NCBI RefSeq assembly: GCF_006345805.1
Contig: NC_043002.1
Location: forward strand, 95,418,001-95,482,000
Origin: Octopus sinensis
Lineage: Eukaryota
Direction: 5' to 3'
Length of the DNA: 64,000 bases
Part shown: piece after piece, positions 51,424-64,000 of the stretch
How positions within the stretch are numbered: the first letter of the stretch is position 1
How the letters are laid out: every line of letters starts with the position of its first letter
The notes under the pieces: model-generated
The model's input: the letters and a program-made list of their open reading frames with translations, nothing else
The model's database searches: none
Told to the model about the DNA's origin: nothing
Translations under genes and position numbers: made by a program

Positions 51424-52043
51424 CCCTTTCGTTACTGTATTTATTTTGAGATGCTCTGTGTTTCTCCCAATTATCTTTATATATAAAAGAGAAGTTGTGT
51501 GTCTGTCTCCTATGATTTAGATTCCTAACTACTCCCACATTTTGCAGTGCAGTGTAACCAAAAGCGGGTATCTTATAGTCATGATTCATATCGAGCCCTT
51601 CTGGGTATTAGCGCATGTCTACGATGAGTCTACGATTTAAAAAAAAATTTACCATCATTTTTTTCCATTTTAATGCATTTTTTTCGCTATTAAATAAGGG
51701 AAGTAACTCTCTAAAAATGTCTACGATGAGTCAACGATTTAAAAAAAAATTTACCATCATTTTATTTCCATTTTTAATGCATTTTTTTGCTATTTTTTGG
51801 CTATAACTCTCTAAAAATGCTTATATAGTTATTTCCCTTACAAACCTGAGCAACGCCGGGCGATACTGCTAGTTTTACATATAACAAAGAATTTAGTAAA
51901 ATAACTTAGTTATCATTAAGCTTGTGTTAGGAACATAAATTGTGACTAAGGTTTGATGGAAGATTTTAATTCAAAACTTTTGAAAACAAGACATTTGTAC
52001 TACAGAGCCAGAGCCGGTTTCAGCCGGGTTGGTAACAAAAGGG
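51424..52043. mobile_element. piggyBac-type MITE family 2 interrupted by a Helitron
   Basis: Reverse-complement homolog of 35948-36167 on both sides of 51474-51872; right TTAA intact, left TAAA. Confidence 0.88.
51474..51872 (+). mobile_element. Non-autonomous Helitron, copy 2
   Basis: A|TC...CTAG|T, no TSD (empty site visible in the 35948-36167 MITE), subterminal GC hairpin. Confidence 0.9.
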
Positions 52044-52090
52044 TTAAGAAGAACTTGAATAAGAATATAAGAAAAACATAAGTTGGACAT

Positions 52091-52473
52091 GGAAGCACTC
52101 CGTCGGTTACGATGATGAGGGTTCCGGTTGATCCGAATCAATGGAACAGCCTGCTCGTGAAATTAAAGTGTAAGTGACTGAGCACTCCACAGACACGTGT
52201 ACCCTTAACGTAGTTCTCGGGGATATTCAGCGTGACACAGAGAGTGACAAGGCCGGCCCTTTGAAATACAGGTACAACAGAAACAGGAAGTAAGAGTGAG
52301 AGAAAGTTGTGGTGAAAGAGTACAGCAGGGATCACCACCATCCCCTGCCGGAGCCTCGTGAAGCTTTTATGTGTTTTCGCTCAATAAACACTCACAACGC
52401 CCGGTCTGGGAATCAAAACCATGATCCTATGACCGCAAGTCCGCTGCCCTAACCACTGGGCCATTGCGCCTCC
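52091..52473 (-). mobile_element. SINE family B, young copy
   Basis: 15-bp TSD ACATAAGTTGGACAT at 52076-52090 and 52474-52488. Confidence 0.92.
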
Positions 52474-52984
52474 ACATAAGTTGGACATACATATAGATAC
52501 ATGCATACAGACATACATATATAGTTAAGTGAAGTTAGCTGCAGTTATGGTTCTGTAGTTAAGAAGTTTGCTTCCCAAATGCATGGTCTTTTACCCCTGG
52601 CTCCTGTCTGGTACCCCAGACAAATGTCGTCTACTATAAATCTGAGTCAACTAAAAGCACTGAGAATGAATTTGTTAGACAGACAAAGAAAAAGACCCTC
52701 GTGTGTATGAATATGAGTATGGCTTATACTCCACAGCAGAAGTGTTAAGGCTGCTCGCATTGGTGAAGAGGATTGGCCTGCAAGAGTTGTGTGCCAGTGC
52801 CATGTAAAAAGCACTCATGAGATATAAAAGCACCCTGAACACTCAATGAAGTGGTTGGCATTAGGAAGGGTATCCAGCCATAGAAACCATGCCAAGTCAG
52901 ACTGGAGCCTGGTGTAGCTCTCCGGCTCATCAAAATTGTATCAAAAACAGACATTAAATGATGATGATGATGATGTGTGTGTAT

Positions 52985-53018
<34 letters not shown>

Positions 53019-53413
53019 CTAGCAGTATCGCCCGGCGTTGCTCGGGTTTGTAAGGGAAATAACCATATAAGCATTTTTAGAGAGTTATAGCAAAAAATAG
53101 CAAAAAAATGCATTAAAAATGGAAAAAAAATTATGGTAAATTTTTTTTTAAATCGTTGACTCATCGTAGACATTTTTAGAGAGTTACTTCCCTTATATAA
53201 TAGCGAAAAAAATGCATTAAAATGGAAAAAAATGATGGTAAATTTTTTTTTAAATCGTAGACTCATTGTAGACGCGTGCTAATACCCAGAAGGGCTCGAT
53301 ATGAATCACGACTATAAGATATCCGGTTTTGGTTAAACTGCACCGTAAAATGTGGGAGTAGTTAGGAATCTAAATCGTAGGAGACAGACACACAACTTGA
53401 CTTTTATATATAA

Positions 53414-53416
<3 letters not shown>
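53019..53416 (-). mobile_element. Non-autonomous Helitron, copy 3
   Basis: Reverse complement of copies 1 and 2; hairpin cccgagcaacgccggg; inserted in (TA)n. Confidence 0.9.
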
Positions 53417-53453
<37 letters not shown>

Positions 53454-54220
53454 AATTACATTAAACACTAGTTTATAAGTTTATACGATTTGTTTCTACA
53501 TACATGTTACCATTGTGATTTGTTTAAAATTCTGTATTGGACATTCCAAATGTAATTGAAGGCTTAACCACAATGGATCTCATTGGATGATATGTTATTG
53601 CATTATATTACATAGAACTAATTCTCTACAAACAGATGTATGACTACTATGTTGAGTTTAGTGTTCCAGTCAGCTTCCTGTATTACCACTTATTATGATA
53701 TGCTAGTTATGAGGATGATGACAACGAGAGCAAATCTAGGATAAATTACAATAAACACGAGCTTATATAATTTGTCCTTACACACTGGGAACATCCAATC
53801 CAGAATTTTAAGCAACCACGATGGTGAAATGCATGTAGGAACAAATGATATAAGCTTGTTTTTCTCATAAATTTTCCTACATATGCTCTGTATATCATAA
53901 CTAATAATACTACTAAGTATAGTAGTACCTTAACTCCTATACTAAAAGTACGCTAATGATTATAATCTATATGGAGCTTTAAACTTAATAGTAACAGTCC
54001 ATACATCAATTTGTACACACATGGTACCCTATATACGCTGAATGAGTATCCATCAGCCGAGATCCAATATGGATGAAAACACATGATCTGGTGGTCTTGG
54101 AGCTAGGGTGGCAGGAGTTATCTCCTACTTGCAATAAATATCAAGTGCAAGAAGCACACTAAATAAGCCAACTGGTGGTGTCTTTCTGGGGTTAAATGGC
54201 AGTATTATTGTCTCTTACAG

Positions 54221-54328
54221 GAAAGCCACATTAAAATGATCATAAACAATACTTTTATGTTGGACTGTGTAAATTACAACCTAGACTTTATGAAGACAAT
54301 CATCAATGATGATGGCACGAGGGTTTAA
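54221..54328 (+). CDS. Candidate terminal exon (ESHIKMIINNTFMLDCVNYNLDFMKTIINDDGTRV*), gene unknown
   Basis: Good acceptor tattattgtctcttacag; only phase 0 is open; could equally be an old TE relic. Confidence 0.2.
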   Translation, partial: ESHIKMIINNTFMLDCVNYNLDFMKTIINDDGTRV

Positions 54329-54419
54329 GGCTCTGCTTGATGTGTTCAGTTATCTTGCATGAAAATGATAAACCAATGAGTGCACACTACACATCTGTTC
54401 TCTATACATAACAGCTGTA

Positions 54420-54831
54420 GGATCTTTTCGGTTTGAACGGCAGTTTTTTCTAGCGGTGTCATATGAAATTGCCACCCATAATTATGACCCTAGTATCGAT
54501 CTATTGCATTTCAATCTGTTTTAGGGTTAGGGGTGGGGGGAAGGGTATCTTTTTTTCTCCACAAATGTAAGTAAATCCAATCTGTTTCTTAAACGAAGGA
54601 CATATTCATACGGCACAGAATGGTTTTTTTACCTCAACAGACGTCATTGATTGGTTGAAATTGCAGAAATTGAAGAAAAAAACGACAAATATCTTACAAA
54701 CTATAGAATTTTCTTAATAAAGCCAAGAGAAAAAGATGTTTTATAAACACATTCTACCAGTATACGAAGTTTAAAATTTTTTAGTTACCTAGAAATTATG
54801 TTAAAAATTGCCATTCAAACCGAAAAGATCC
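54420..54831. mobile_element. MITE with GG-initiated TIRs and 8-bp TSD (probable Merlin superfamily)
   Basis: TIR ggatcttttcggtttgaacggcagttttt / aaaaattgccattcaaaccgaaaagatcc; TSD CAGCTGTA at 54412-54419 and 54832-54839. Confidence 0.8.
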
Positions 54832-55179
54832 CAGCTGTAAAATGACTCAGCCCACTGGTGCAAAAATTTTCATGTACAGGAAGGGTGGCATCACCCCTCA
54901 CCCAAAGAGTTTGGTACATGCAGCATTAATTTTGGTGGAAAAAAATAAAGTCAAATACTTTTTGAACGCACCTCATATTGTCAAATATACTGAGAGACTA
55001 TATTTCTTTATTTCTCCCTAAATATTTTATCCTATTTAGGTATGTATGAGTGAAAAATGCATAGATTCCAACAAGCATATGCTTTCATGGGTATGCATAT
55101 ATATAGATATAACAATATACATATACACTGTTCACCATGCACGTGACCATTGACATACATTCCTACATACATTTGCATT

Positions 55180-56547
<1,368 letters not shown>

Positions 56548-56692
56548 TATGCACACACATGCATCTATATATAGATATATACACACACACACATATATAT
56601 ATATACATACATACACACACACTCATATACATACACACACACACACAGTTACATGCACACATGATCACACAAGCACACACACACACAGATAT

Positions 56693-56743
<51 letters not shown>

Positions 56744-56826
56744 CATACACACACACTCATATACATACACACACACACAGTTACATGCACACATGCTCAC
56801 ACAAGCATACACACATACACACACAG

Positions 56827-56897
<71 letters not shown>

Positions 56898-57319
56898 TAA
56901 CACTGCAGAGTTATACATATAGGTATAGGCATGGCTTTGTGGTTAAGAATTTGCTTCCCAACCATTAGTTTTGGATTCAGTCCCTCTGACTGACACCTAA
57001 GACAATTTATCTTCTACTATAACCCCAGGTTGACCAAAGTCTTGCTGGTGGATTTTGGTAGACAGAAACTGAAGAAAAAAACTACTGTGCGAATGTGTGT
57101 GTGTGTGTGTGTCTCTTTGTTGTGACATCTTGTGACTGTTGTAAATGGATGCCATTTGCAACCTTCCATGGAAACATCTGGCTCTGGAGAGATATTAGTT
57201 TACTTGGAAACAGAAAGGTCATCTGACCATAGAAGATTTGTTTCAGCAAATTCCATCCCACCAATGCAAGCATGAAAAATTAGATGCTGAAACAGTGATG
57301 ATGATGTGTATATATGCAT

Positions 57320-57670
57320 GACTGTGTGGTAAAAAGCTTCCTTCTCAAGTACATGGTTCCTGGTTCAGTCCCACTGTATGGCACCTTGGGCAAGTGTTTT
57401 CTACTATAGTGTCAGGTTGACCAAAGCCATGTTGAGTGGATTTGGTAGACAGAAACTGAAGGAAGCCCATACTATATATAAACATATGTGTGTGTGTTTG
57501 TGTCTGTATTTGTCCCCACCTCACTGCTTGACAGTGCATATTGGTGTGTTTACGTCCCTGTAACCTAGCAGTTCAGTAAAAGACATCGATAGAAAGCTTT
57601 AAAAAATAAGTAATGAGTTGATTCTTCAAGGCAGTGCCCCAGTATGGCCACAGTCTAATGACTGAAACAA
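57320..57670 (+). mobile_element. SINE family A, older copy
   Basis: Head, CORE-like motif and tail recognisable, with CpG decay. Confidence 0.8.
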
Positions 57671-57701
57671 TTACAAGATAGAATATATGTATGTATGTAA
57701 G

Positions 57702-57761
<60 letters not shown>

Positions 57762-57849
57762 AAGATATATGAACTCTTTTGACATGCTTTTTCAACTGAG
57801 AGGCACTCCTTTCCACATGTTGCACATGTTCTGTTGTGAACAATAGCCA

Positions 57850-59960
57850 CAGTCACAATTTAACACAGGCTGATTCCTGTGAGTTCTCAGAAGGCTGACC
57901 AGGCCCACACAACTCAACCACCTCCTTCCGCAAACCACACATGAAAAAGCAACACTCCCTCATTCTCCACTGGTTCATTTTCCTTCTAATCCTTCTCCTA
58001 ATCTTCTCATGCTTCATTCTCTTCATTCTCTGTGGCACCTATTCCTTCGGCCAGCCAGCCAGCACAGCTGTGCATTATGTAATAGAATGCTCAAAACTTT
58101 TGAGCACCCAATGTCACCAAATTTCAAGCAGTCGTATAACAAAAGTTTCACATTGAGATTTGTGATTACATTAATGAGTAAGGTTAATATTTATAATCAA
58201 TTTGCCATAGCACACCCAAAATACATGCTCATGGTGTCAGTTCCATCTAACTTGCATTCTAGATTTTTGGTAAGTGTCCAGGCTATTGTTCCATATAAAA
58301 AGATTGACTCTGCCATTGCATGGAAAAATTCCTCTTAAGGTTGTCTGACAGGGTTGATTTCCAGACAAAATATCTAGTTTGTTTAAAGCCTCCTCTGTTT
58401 TGGCTGTCTTAGATTTTACATCCTTTTCAGTTGAGACTATCTCAGAATTGAAGTACTTGAAATCATCACTTAATTGGTGGGGGTCTCTACTGATGTTGGC
58501 GATTGGTTCTTACTAGGAGAAACAAGTAGTCCAACATCATGTGCAGCTAATTCTAGACTCTGAAATAATTGCAAAGCTAAATCATCCCCATAGTCTACAT
58601 CAGTTACAATTTTGAGCAGAATGTTCGATCAATCTTCTTTTCATATGTATGAAACTGAGACTGTTTAGATTGTCGAGCAATGATTCGAGGACATAATCCA
58701 GTGTGATCACAAAGAGAAAAGGGTGCCAGTGTATTCCCTGAGAGTACTCTGGCTTTGATGTCAAAGAAACTTGCATCTCTACCTGGAAAACTTACCATTG
58801 ATTTGATGTTGTTATAGAGCATCATTATTGCTGCTGTTCTTTCTTGAGGGATACCATAGGCCAGTAGTATTTTTTTCCATTTTACCACAGTGAATGGAAT
58901 CAAAAGCCTTTGAGGATTCCTCAAGCAGTAATACCTCTTCAAAATTTCTGGGTTTTACTCCTTTCACTAGATGACAGACAGGAAGTATTTGTCCTTATAG
59001 TTGGTCTATTTTTTTCTAAAGTCATTTTAATTTCTTCTCAAATCGTTTTCAATTTCATTTTGTATGCTGTTGAGAAGTGAAATATAAATTTCTGTGGTGA
59101 TGGCTGTAAAAGTGATGTCTCTGTTGTTCTTTGTGAGATTCAAATCACTTCCCTTTGGAAATGGGACTATGCTGCCTTCTGTCCATTTGCCAATGTTGCC
59201 ACATTTGTAGACTGTATTGTAGCAACTTAACAGAATACCATTGAATTCTCCTTTTTTCCAGACTTCAGGTGGAATGTTATCCAGTCCTGCATCGTTTCAG
59301 TTTTTGATGCTTTTAACAGTTTCTTTCAATTCATCAATGATGAAAGCACCAGTTATATCAAAGACATGGTCAATAATTGATGTTGATCTGTATCAGACAC
59401 TAAGGGTATATTCACAATCAAATTTTGAAAATGATCCATCCACTTTTCTAAGCATTCCTGTGGATTTTTAGCTCTAATTTTTAACTTTCTGGAACTTTTG
59501 CATCCACTTATTTCATTTACAGTCTGCTTGGAAAGTGATGTCTGTTTGCTGCAGCATGTTTAATTTGATTTACTTTACTTTGGATGTAGCTTTGTTGTTG
59601 AGATTAATATAGGTCCACAAGTTCTTTTGCTAACCTTTTGAAATTGGCTTCATTTGGATGTATAATTTTAGCTTGAACTACTTCTCTGAGGTGTTTTTCC
59701 AGGGTAGCCGTTTATTAATTCTTGGTTTTATGGGCATGATCTCTTTTGCAACTTCTGTATAAAACATTACAAAATTATTGTATGCAGTGTTGGAGAAGTT
59801 TTCTTTATCTTCATTTTGTCATAGCTCAAATCTATTTCTTACTGCTATGGTATATTGATTGCAGATTTCTCTGTTGCTGGTTAGAACTGACCAGTCACAT
59901 GTGGGCCTAGAGAATTATGTGGTTTTATTTTAGCTCAAAGGTTAAGACAAAATTTTAATG
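57850..59960 (-). pseudogene. Decayed RTE-like LINE (RT region and upstream)
   Basis: DWSVLTSNREICNQYTIAVRNRFEL; KILLAYGIP...IMMLY...FFDIKARVLSGNTLAPF (GVLQGDTLAPF-like); DYGDDLAL (YADD-like). Confidence 0.8.
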
Positions 59961-59996
59961 TGACAGTTTTGTGGTCACTGCTTGTTCCTTCTTTAA

Positions 59997-60211
59997 CCCT
60001 TTAGTGTTTAAACTGGCTGTATCTGGCCCAAATATTCTACACATTTTATGCTCAAACTGGCAGAACATGTATCTCACACCGTGCAATGTCACTCTAAAAA
60101 TAAGCAATTACATCTTTCCTATCTTGAAGGTACAAAATAATATTAGATAAATTTTTTTAAATCTGAATAAATAAGGATTACTTTGGACAAATTAACCTGA
60201 ACGCTAAAGGG
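59997..60211. mobile_element. piggyBac-type MITE family 1, older copy
   Basis: TTAA TSD, CCCTTTAG/CTAAAGGG termini. Confidence 0.88.
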
Positions 60212-60679
60212 TTAATGATGGTAACTTTCATCCATCAGTCCCCAGTTTGCAGATAGGGGAATTGGCCTGTAGATATACAGATTAGCTGCAAATCTTTAAT
60301 AAGCAATCCTGGATAAAATCACATGGTAATTTTTGACAAGGCAGGGCACCTGTTAGCCACCCTGCCAGGGTTATAGTGAAATCCTGAAGCCCTGAAAAGA
60401 GCAGAAACCCTACTATCATTGGACAGTAGGATGGTGATTGAGAAGGAAATGCAAAGCTGCAAGATATAAAAAATACTTTATCTTTGGATTTCTTCCCATT
60501 TTACAGAACAAATTACACTTTTATGTCAGTTTCCTTGGCACTGCAATCATTTATGGACCTGTGACAATAGATGAGAAATTAGCAAATGAAAGACAATCCA
60601 TACACACAAAAAGACACACACATACGTGTATGTGTGTGTGTATTATGTATGTATATATGTGTATATGTATGTAGATATC

Positions 60680-60935
60680 ATCATCATCATCATCATCATC
60701 ATTTAGCGTCCGTTTTCCATGCTAGCATGGGTTGGACGGTTCAACTGGGGTCTGTGAAGCTGGAAGGCTTCATCAGGCCCAGTCAGATCTGGCAGTGTTT
60801 CTACGGCTGGATGCCCTTCCTAACGCCAACCACTCTGTGAGTGTAGTGGGTGCTTTTTATGTGCCACCCGCACAGGTGCCAGACAGAGCTGGCAAACGGC
60901 CACGAACGGTGGTGCTTTTACGTGTCACCGGCACG
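60680..60935 (-). mobile_element. RTE-type 3' tail (family E), young copy
   Basis: CpG-intact; (CAT)n at the left end. Confidence 0.85.
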
Positions 60936-61189
60936 GGGTATGTACATATGTATGTATGCATGTGCATGCATGTGTGTGTGTGTTAGTACGCACATGCACA
61001 CACATACACATATAATTTTAACAAAGGTACAGTTAACTATGATTTCAAGATTTCAGCCAAGCATTCTTCATCCAATGTCTGATTTCATTGTTTTTTCCTC
61101 TGCTTTTTTTTTTATTCCTTGTAGTAGCTGTATACCTTCATTATTAATGTTTGCTTTTTGAAATTTTCTCTCATTAAAAATTTTTTTTT

Positions 61190-61480
61190 TTAATCTTCTG
61201 ACAAAAATGGCCTTATTTTTATATGAAAACCAGAAAACCTCAGACAAATTTTCAGCTTTTGAAATTTGTGGTGATCTTCAGTATGGTGCTGTTCCATCCC
61301 CTTGATGTCTCTATCATTAGATATTTCTCCACCATGTAATTCCACTATATTTTCATATATTTTGTTCATTTCAACCCAGCATGCCAGCTTAACATGATGT
61401 TCTTGACTGGAATTTTGTGTTGATTCCTCAAAACCTACAAAGCCTACATAGCAATTAGGACAGATTTTACTCCAATTCAT
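61190..61480 (-). pseudogene. Tigger-like transposase C-terminal relic
   Basis: NWSKICPNCYVGFVGFEE...ENIVELHGGEISND resembles Tigger W.KL.P.CV.DF.GFE...LL.SH.EEL.NE. Confidence 0.55.
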
Positions 61481-61735
61481 TATCGTTGGTTATCTTTTAC
61501 CTCTCCCTATGCCTCTGTCAAATTTTCAATTTCAATCACAATATGGTAACTATGCCAAAATTTCTTTACAGCTAGTTTTGTTTCACTATCTAAGAACTAA
61601 TCAGTTATTTAAAAGCACACTATAAAAAAGTAAGCTTTGAATGCTGTAAATAACCACTTGCTCATTAGCTGCATAACATTGGTAATACGGGGTGGGCCAA
61701 AAGTCACACACCATGATTTAAACTCAGTATGTGTA

Positions 61736-61905
61736 TTACTCTTTTACTTGTTTCAGTCATATGACTGCGGCCGTGCTGGAGCACTGCCTTTGTAAGCCTA
61801 GTACTTATTCTATCGGTCTCTTTTGCCGAACCGCTAAGTTACGGGAACATAAACACACCAGCATCGGTTGTCAAGTGATGTTGGGGAGACAAACACAGAC
61901 ACACA

Positions 61906-61963
<58 letters not shown>

Positions 61964-62129
61964 CATATACACGACAGGCTTCTTTCAGTTTCCATCTACT
62001 AAGTCCACTCACAAGGCTTTGGTCAGCCCGAGGCTATAGAAGAAGACACTTGCCCAAGGTGCCATGCACTAGGACTGAACCCGGAACTATGTGGTTGGTA
62101 AGCAAGCTACTTACCACATAGCCACTCCT
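61736..62129 (-). mobile_element. SINE family A, near full length
   Basis: Reverse complement of the family-A consensus. Confidence 0.88.
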
Positions 62130-62169
62130 GCACCTATATTGCACATAATTTTAATGATGATAAGGATAC

Positions 62170-62400
62170 ACATCACAGAAAGAAAAAATGAACTAATCAG
62201 AACAGGAGATACATGGGATGAAAGTCACTGAAGAGGTCACAGGTGTGTGACAAAAGATTTCCAGACAATGGACATAAGATAAAATAAGAACAATAATAAA
62301 CAAGTGAAGAACAAATATATAATGCGTGTGTTTATTTGTCAAAAAGAAAAATAAAGCAAAAAACATGGCCATCCTGAAATATAGCAATATCTGTTTCAGC
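62170..62400 (+). mobile_element. Member of the 48-kb repeat family with a decayed HHR
   Basis: 62224-62266 GTCA-CTGAAGA-G-GTCACA-GGTG-TGTGAC-AAA-AGATTT-C-CAGAC. Confidence 0.55.
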
Positions 62401-62614
62401 ACACGATTTCACATCAGGAATCTTGCAAAACAAATTTATGAAAAAAATAATAATGTAATATAAAACATCAACTGTTTTGGTGCGTAACTTTTGGCCCAGC
62501 CAGTATTTGGAAGTAGAAAAGCTACCTGAACATCATATATCAATTCATTCAGTAATAATGGAAAACATGGAGTACTGTTCACATGAATTAAGAATTTATT
62601 TTTTAAGGTTCTTA

Positions 62615-62969
62615 ACCAGTGGCATCTTGGACAATTGTCTTCTGCTATAGCCCCGGGCCGACCAATGCCTTGTGAGTGGATTTGGTAGACAGAAACTGAA
62701 AGAAGCCTGTCGTATATATGTATATATATATATATGTATGTATGTGTGTGTTTGTGTGTCTGTGTTTGTCCCCCTAGCATTGCTTGACAACTGATGCTTG
62801 TGTGTTTACGTCCCTGTCACTTAGTGGTTCGGCAAAAGAGACCGATAGAATAAGTACTGGGCTTACAATGAATAAGTCCCGGGGTTGATTTGCTCGACTA
62901 AAGGTGGTGCTCCAGCATGGCCACAGTCAAATGATTGAAACAAGTAAAAGAGTAAAAAAAAGAGTAAAG
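62615..62969 (+). mobile_element. SINE family A, 5'-truncated young copy
   Basis: Near-identical to 27150-27503. Confidence 0.9.
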
Positions 62970-63054
62970 AGTACATATATTATTTGGCAGCAGGGCAGAA
63001 ACACAAACGCCCCCTTTATTTTATCACTCTATAACAGGAGGACAAGATTTACAG

Positions 63055-63600
63055 TAGCTTTCCATAGCTACTGGTACCTTTGTATGATAAACAGTCAGCA
63101 GTTTGAGTTTTAGTTTTCCTAAAATGCTACCACCAAGTAGGACAGTCGTAGAATCTTTGGCAGCTCTGAACTTTAGTGCAATTTTTTTTCTTCTTTAGAA
63201 AGGTAAACTGGTTTTGGCATTTGTTTCCAAACTAAGTTTGTCTTACCAACATTAAAATTATGCTGCATTGTGTATCCTCCTCCATCAATAATATTTTTCA
63301 GCAAAGCTAGAAAAGCAGCCACAGCTTCTTTGTTGGAACGTACAAACTCACTTGTTATCTATATGTTATGCTATTTTGAAGGATTGTTGAAATGCTCAAG
63401 CCAACCACAACTTGACACAAAGCTTTCACTTTCAATGCTAGAAAGTTCTTTTTTTTTTTTTTCCTCCCTTCAGAAATTATTAACTTGCAAGATATTTCAT
63501 GAAAAGAGAAGTAAAAATGATTCTGGAATCTCTAGAGTATAGTTTGTAATTGAGAGATGTTTCAGAGGAAAGGTAATTCTTTGTGGAAAATAACTCTCCA
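63055..63600 (-). pseudogene. Tigger/pogo (TIGD1-like) transposase pseudogene, end of the HTH region and start of the DDE region
   Basis: FVSSCGWLEHF...IIDGGGYTMQHNFNVGKTNLVWKQMP...YLSKEEK..FRAAKD..TVLLGG..GKLKLKLL.VYH. Confidence 0.88.
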
Positions 63601-64000
63601 TTTAAAAGTAGTGGTGCAAGGTAGTGTAAGATATATACAGACATAATCAGCTGAAAACGACAAGAGTGTAGCAATGTCACACATACTGCATCATACAGAA
63701 ATCAAAGAGAAAACAGTCATAGATATGTGTGTATATATTGGTATGCATGCGTGTATGTGTGTGTAAGTGTGTGCATGTACACATGAACATACACTTTCTG
63801 CTCAGTTGGAAATAGTATTCAATATATGTAGAAAGGGAGGAATGCAGTAACACTAATTATGAGTGTTGTTATTGGATTTTAAGCACACTAAAGTGAATTT
63901 TTTCTAATAACTGCTTAATGATATCAGTTGATCAAAGGTTTTACATGTACTGTATTATATATGTCAGATCCTACCAAAGTTATATTCAGTATGCAGAATA

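Overview
AT-rich, repeat-saturated eukaryotic DNA with no recognisable intact protein-coding gene. The SINE families, (GAT)n-tailed RTE-like tails and dense TA/CA/GA microsatellites suggest an octopus (coleoid cephalopod) intron or intergenic region; this is an inference from repeat recognition. Almost all listed ORFs are microsatellite read-throughs or transposon relics. Supported content: (1) four tRNA-derived SINE families; (2) decayed RTE-clade LINE fragments; (3) Tc1, mariner and Tigger/pogo transposase pseudogenes; (4) a decayed Gypsy-like LTR element with a nested mariner; (5) non-autonomous piggyBac (TTAA), hAT (8-bp TSD) and probable Merlin MITEs; (6) three copies of a ~400-bp non-autonomous Helitron; (7) an apparently identical ~650-bp tandem duplication; (8) a few weak candidate exons of a possible host gene. 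The most notable signal is a set of minimal type-I hammerhead-ribozyme (HHR) motifs of the Penelope/retrozyme kind (CTGANGA...GAAA, palindromic stem III) in about six apparently unrelated short repeat families. One is an element with a tRNA-like Pol III head, an HHR-bearing tail, an inverted copy of its own 3' end and a 13-bp TSD (6768-7948). This may be a SINE-like parasite of Penelope-like retroelements. Boundaries of decayed elements are approximate; everything was read by eye.
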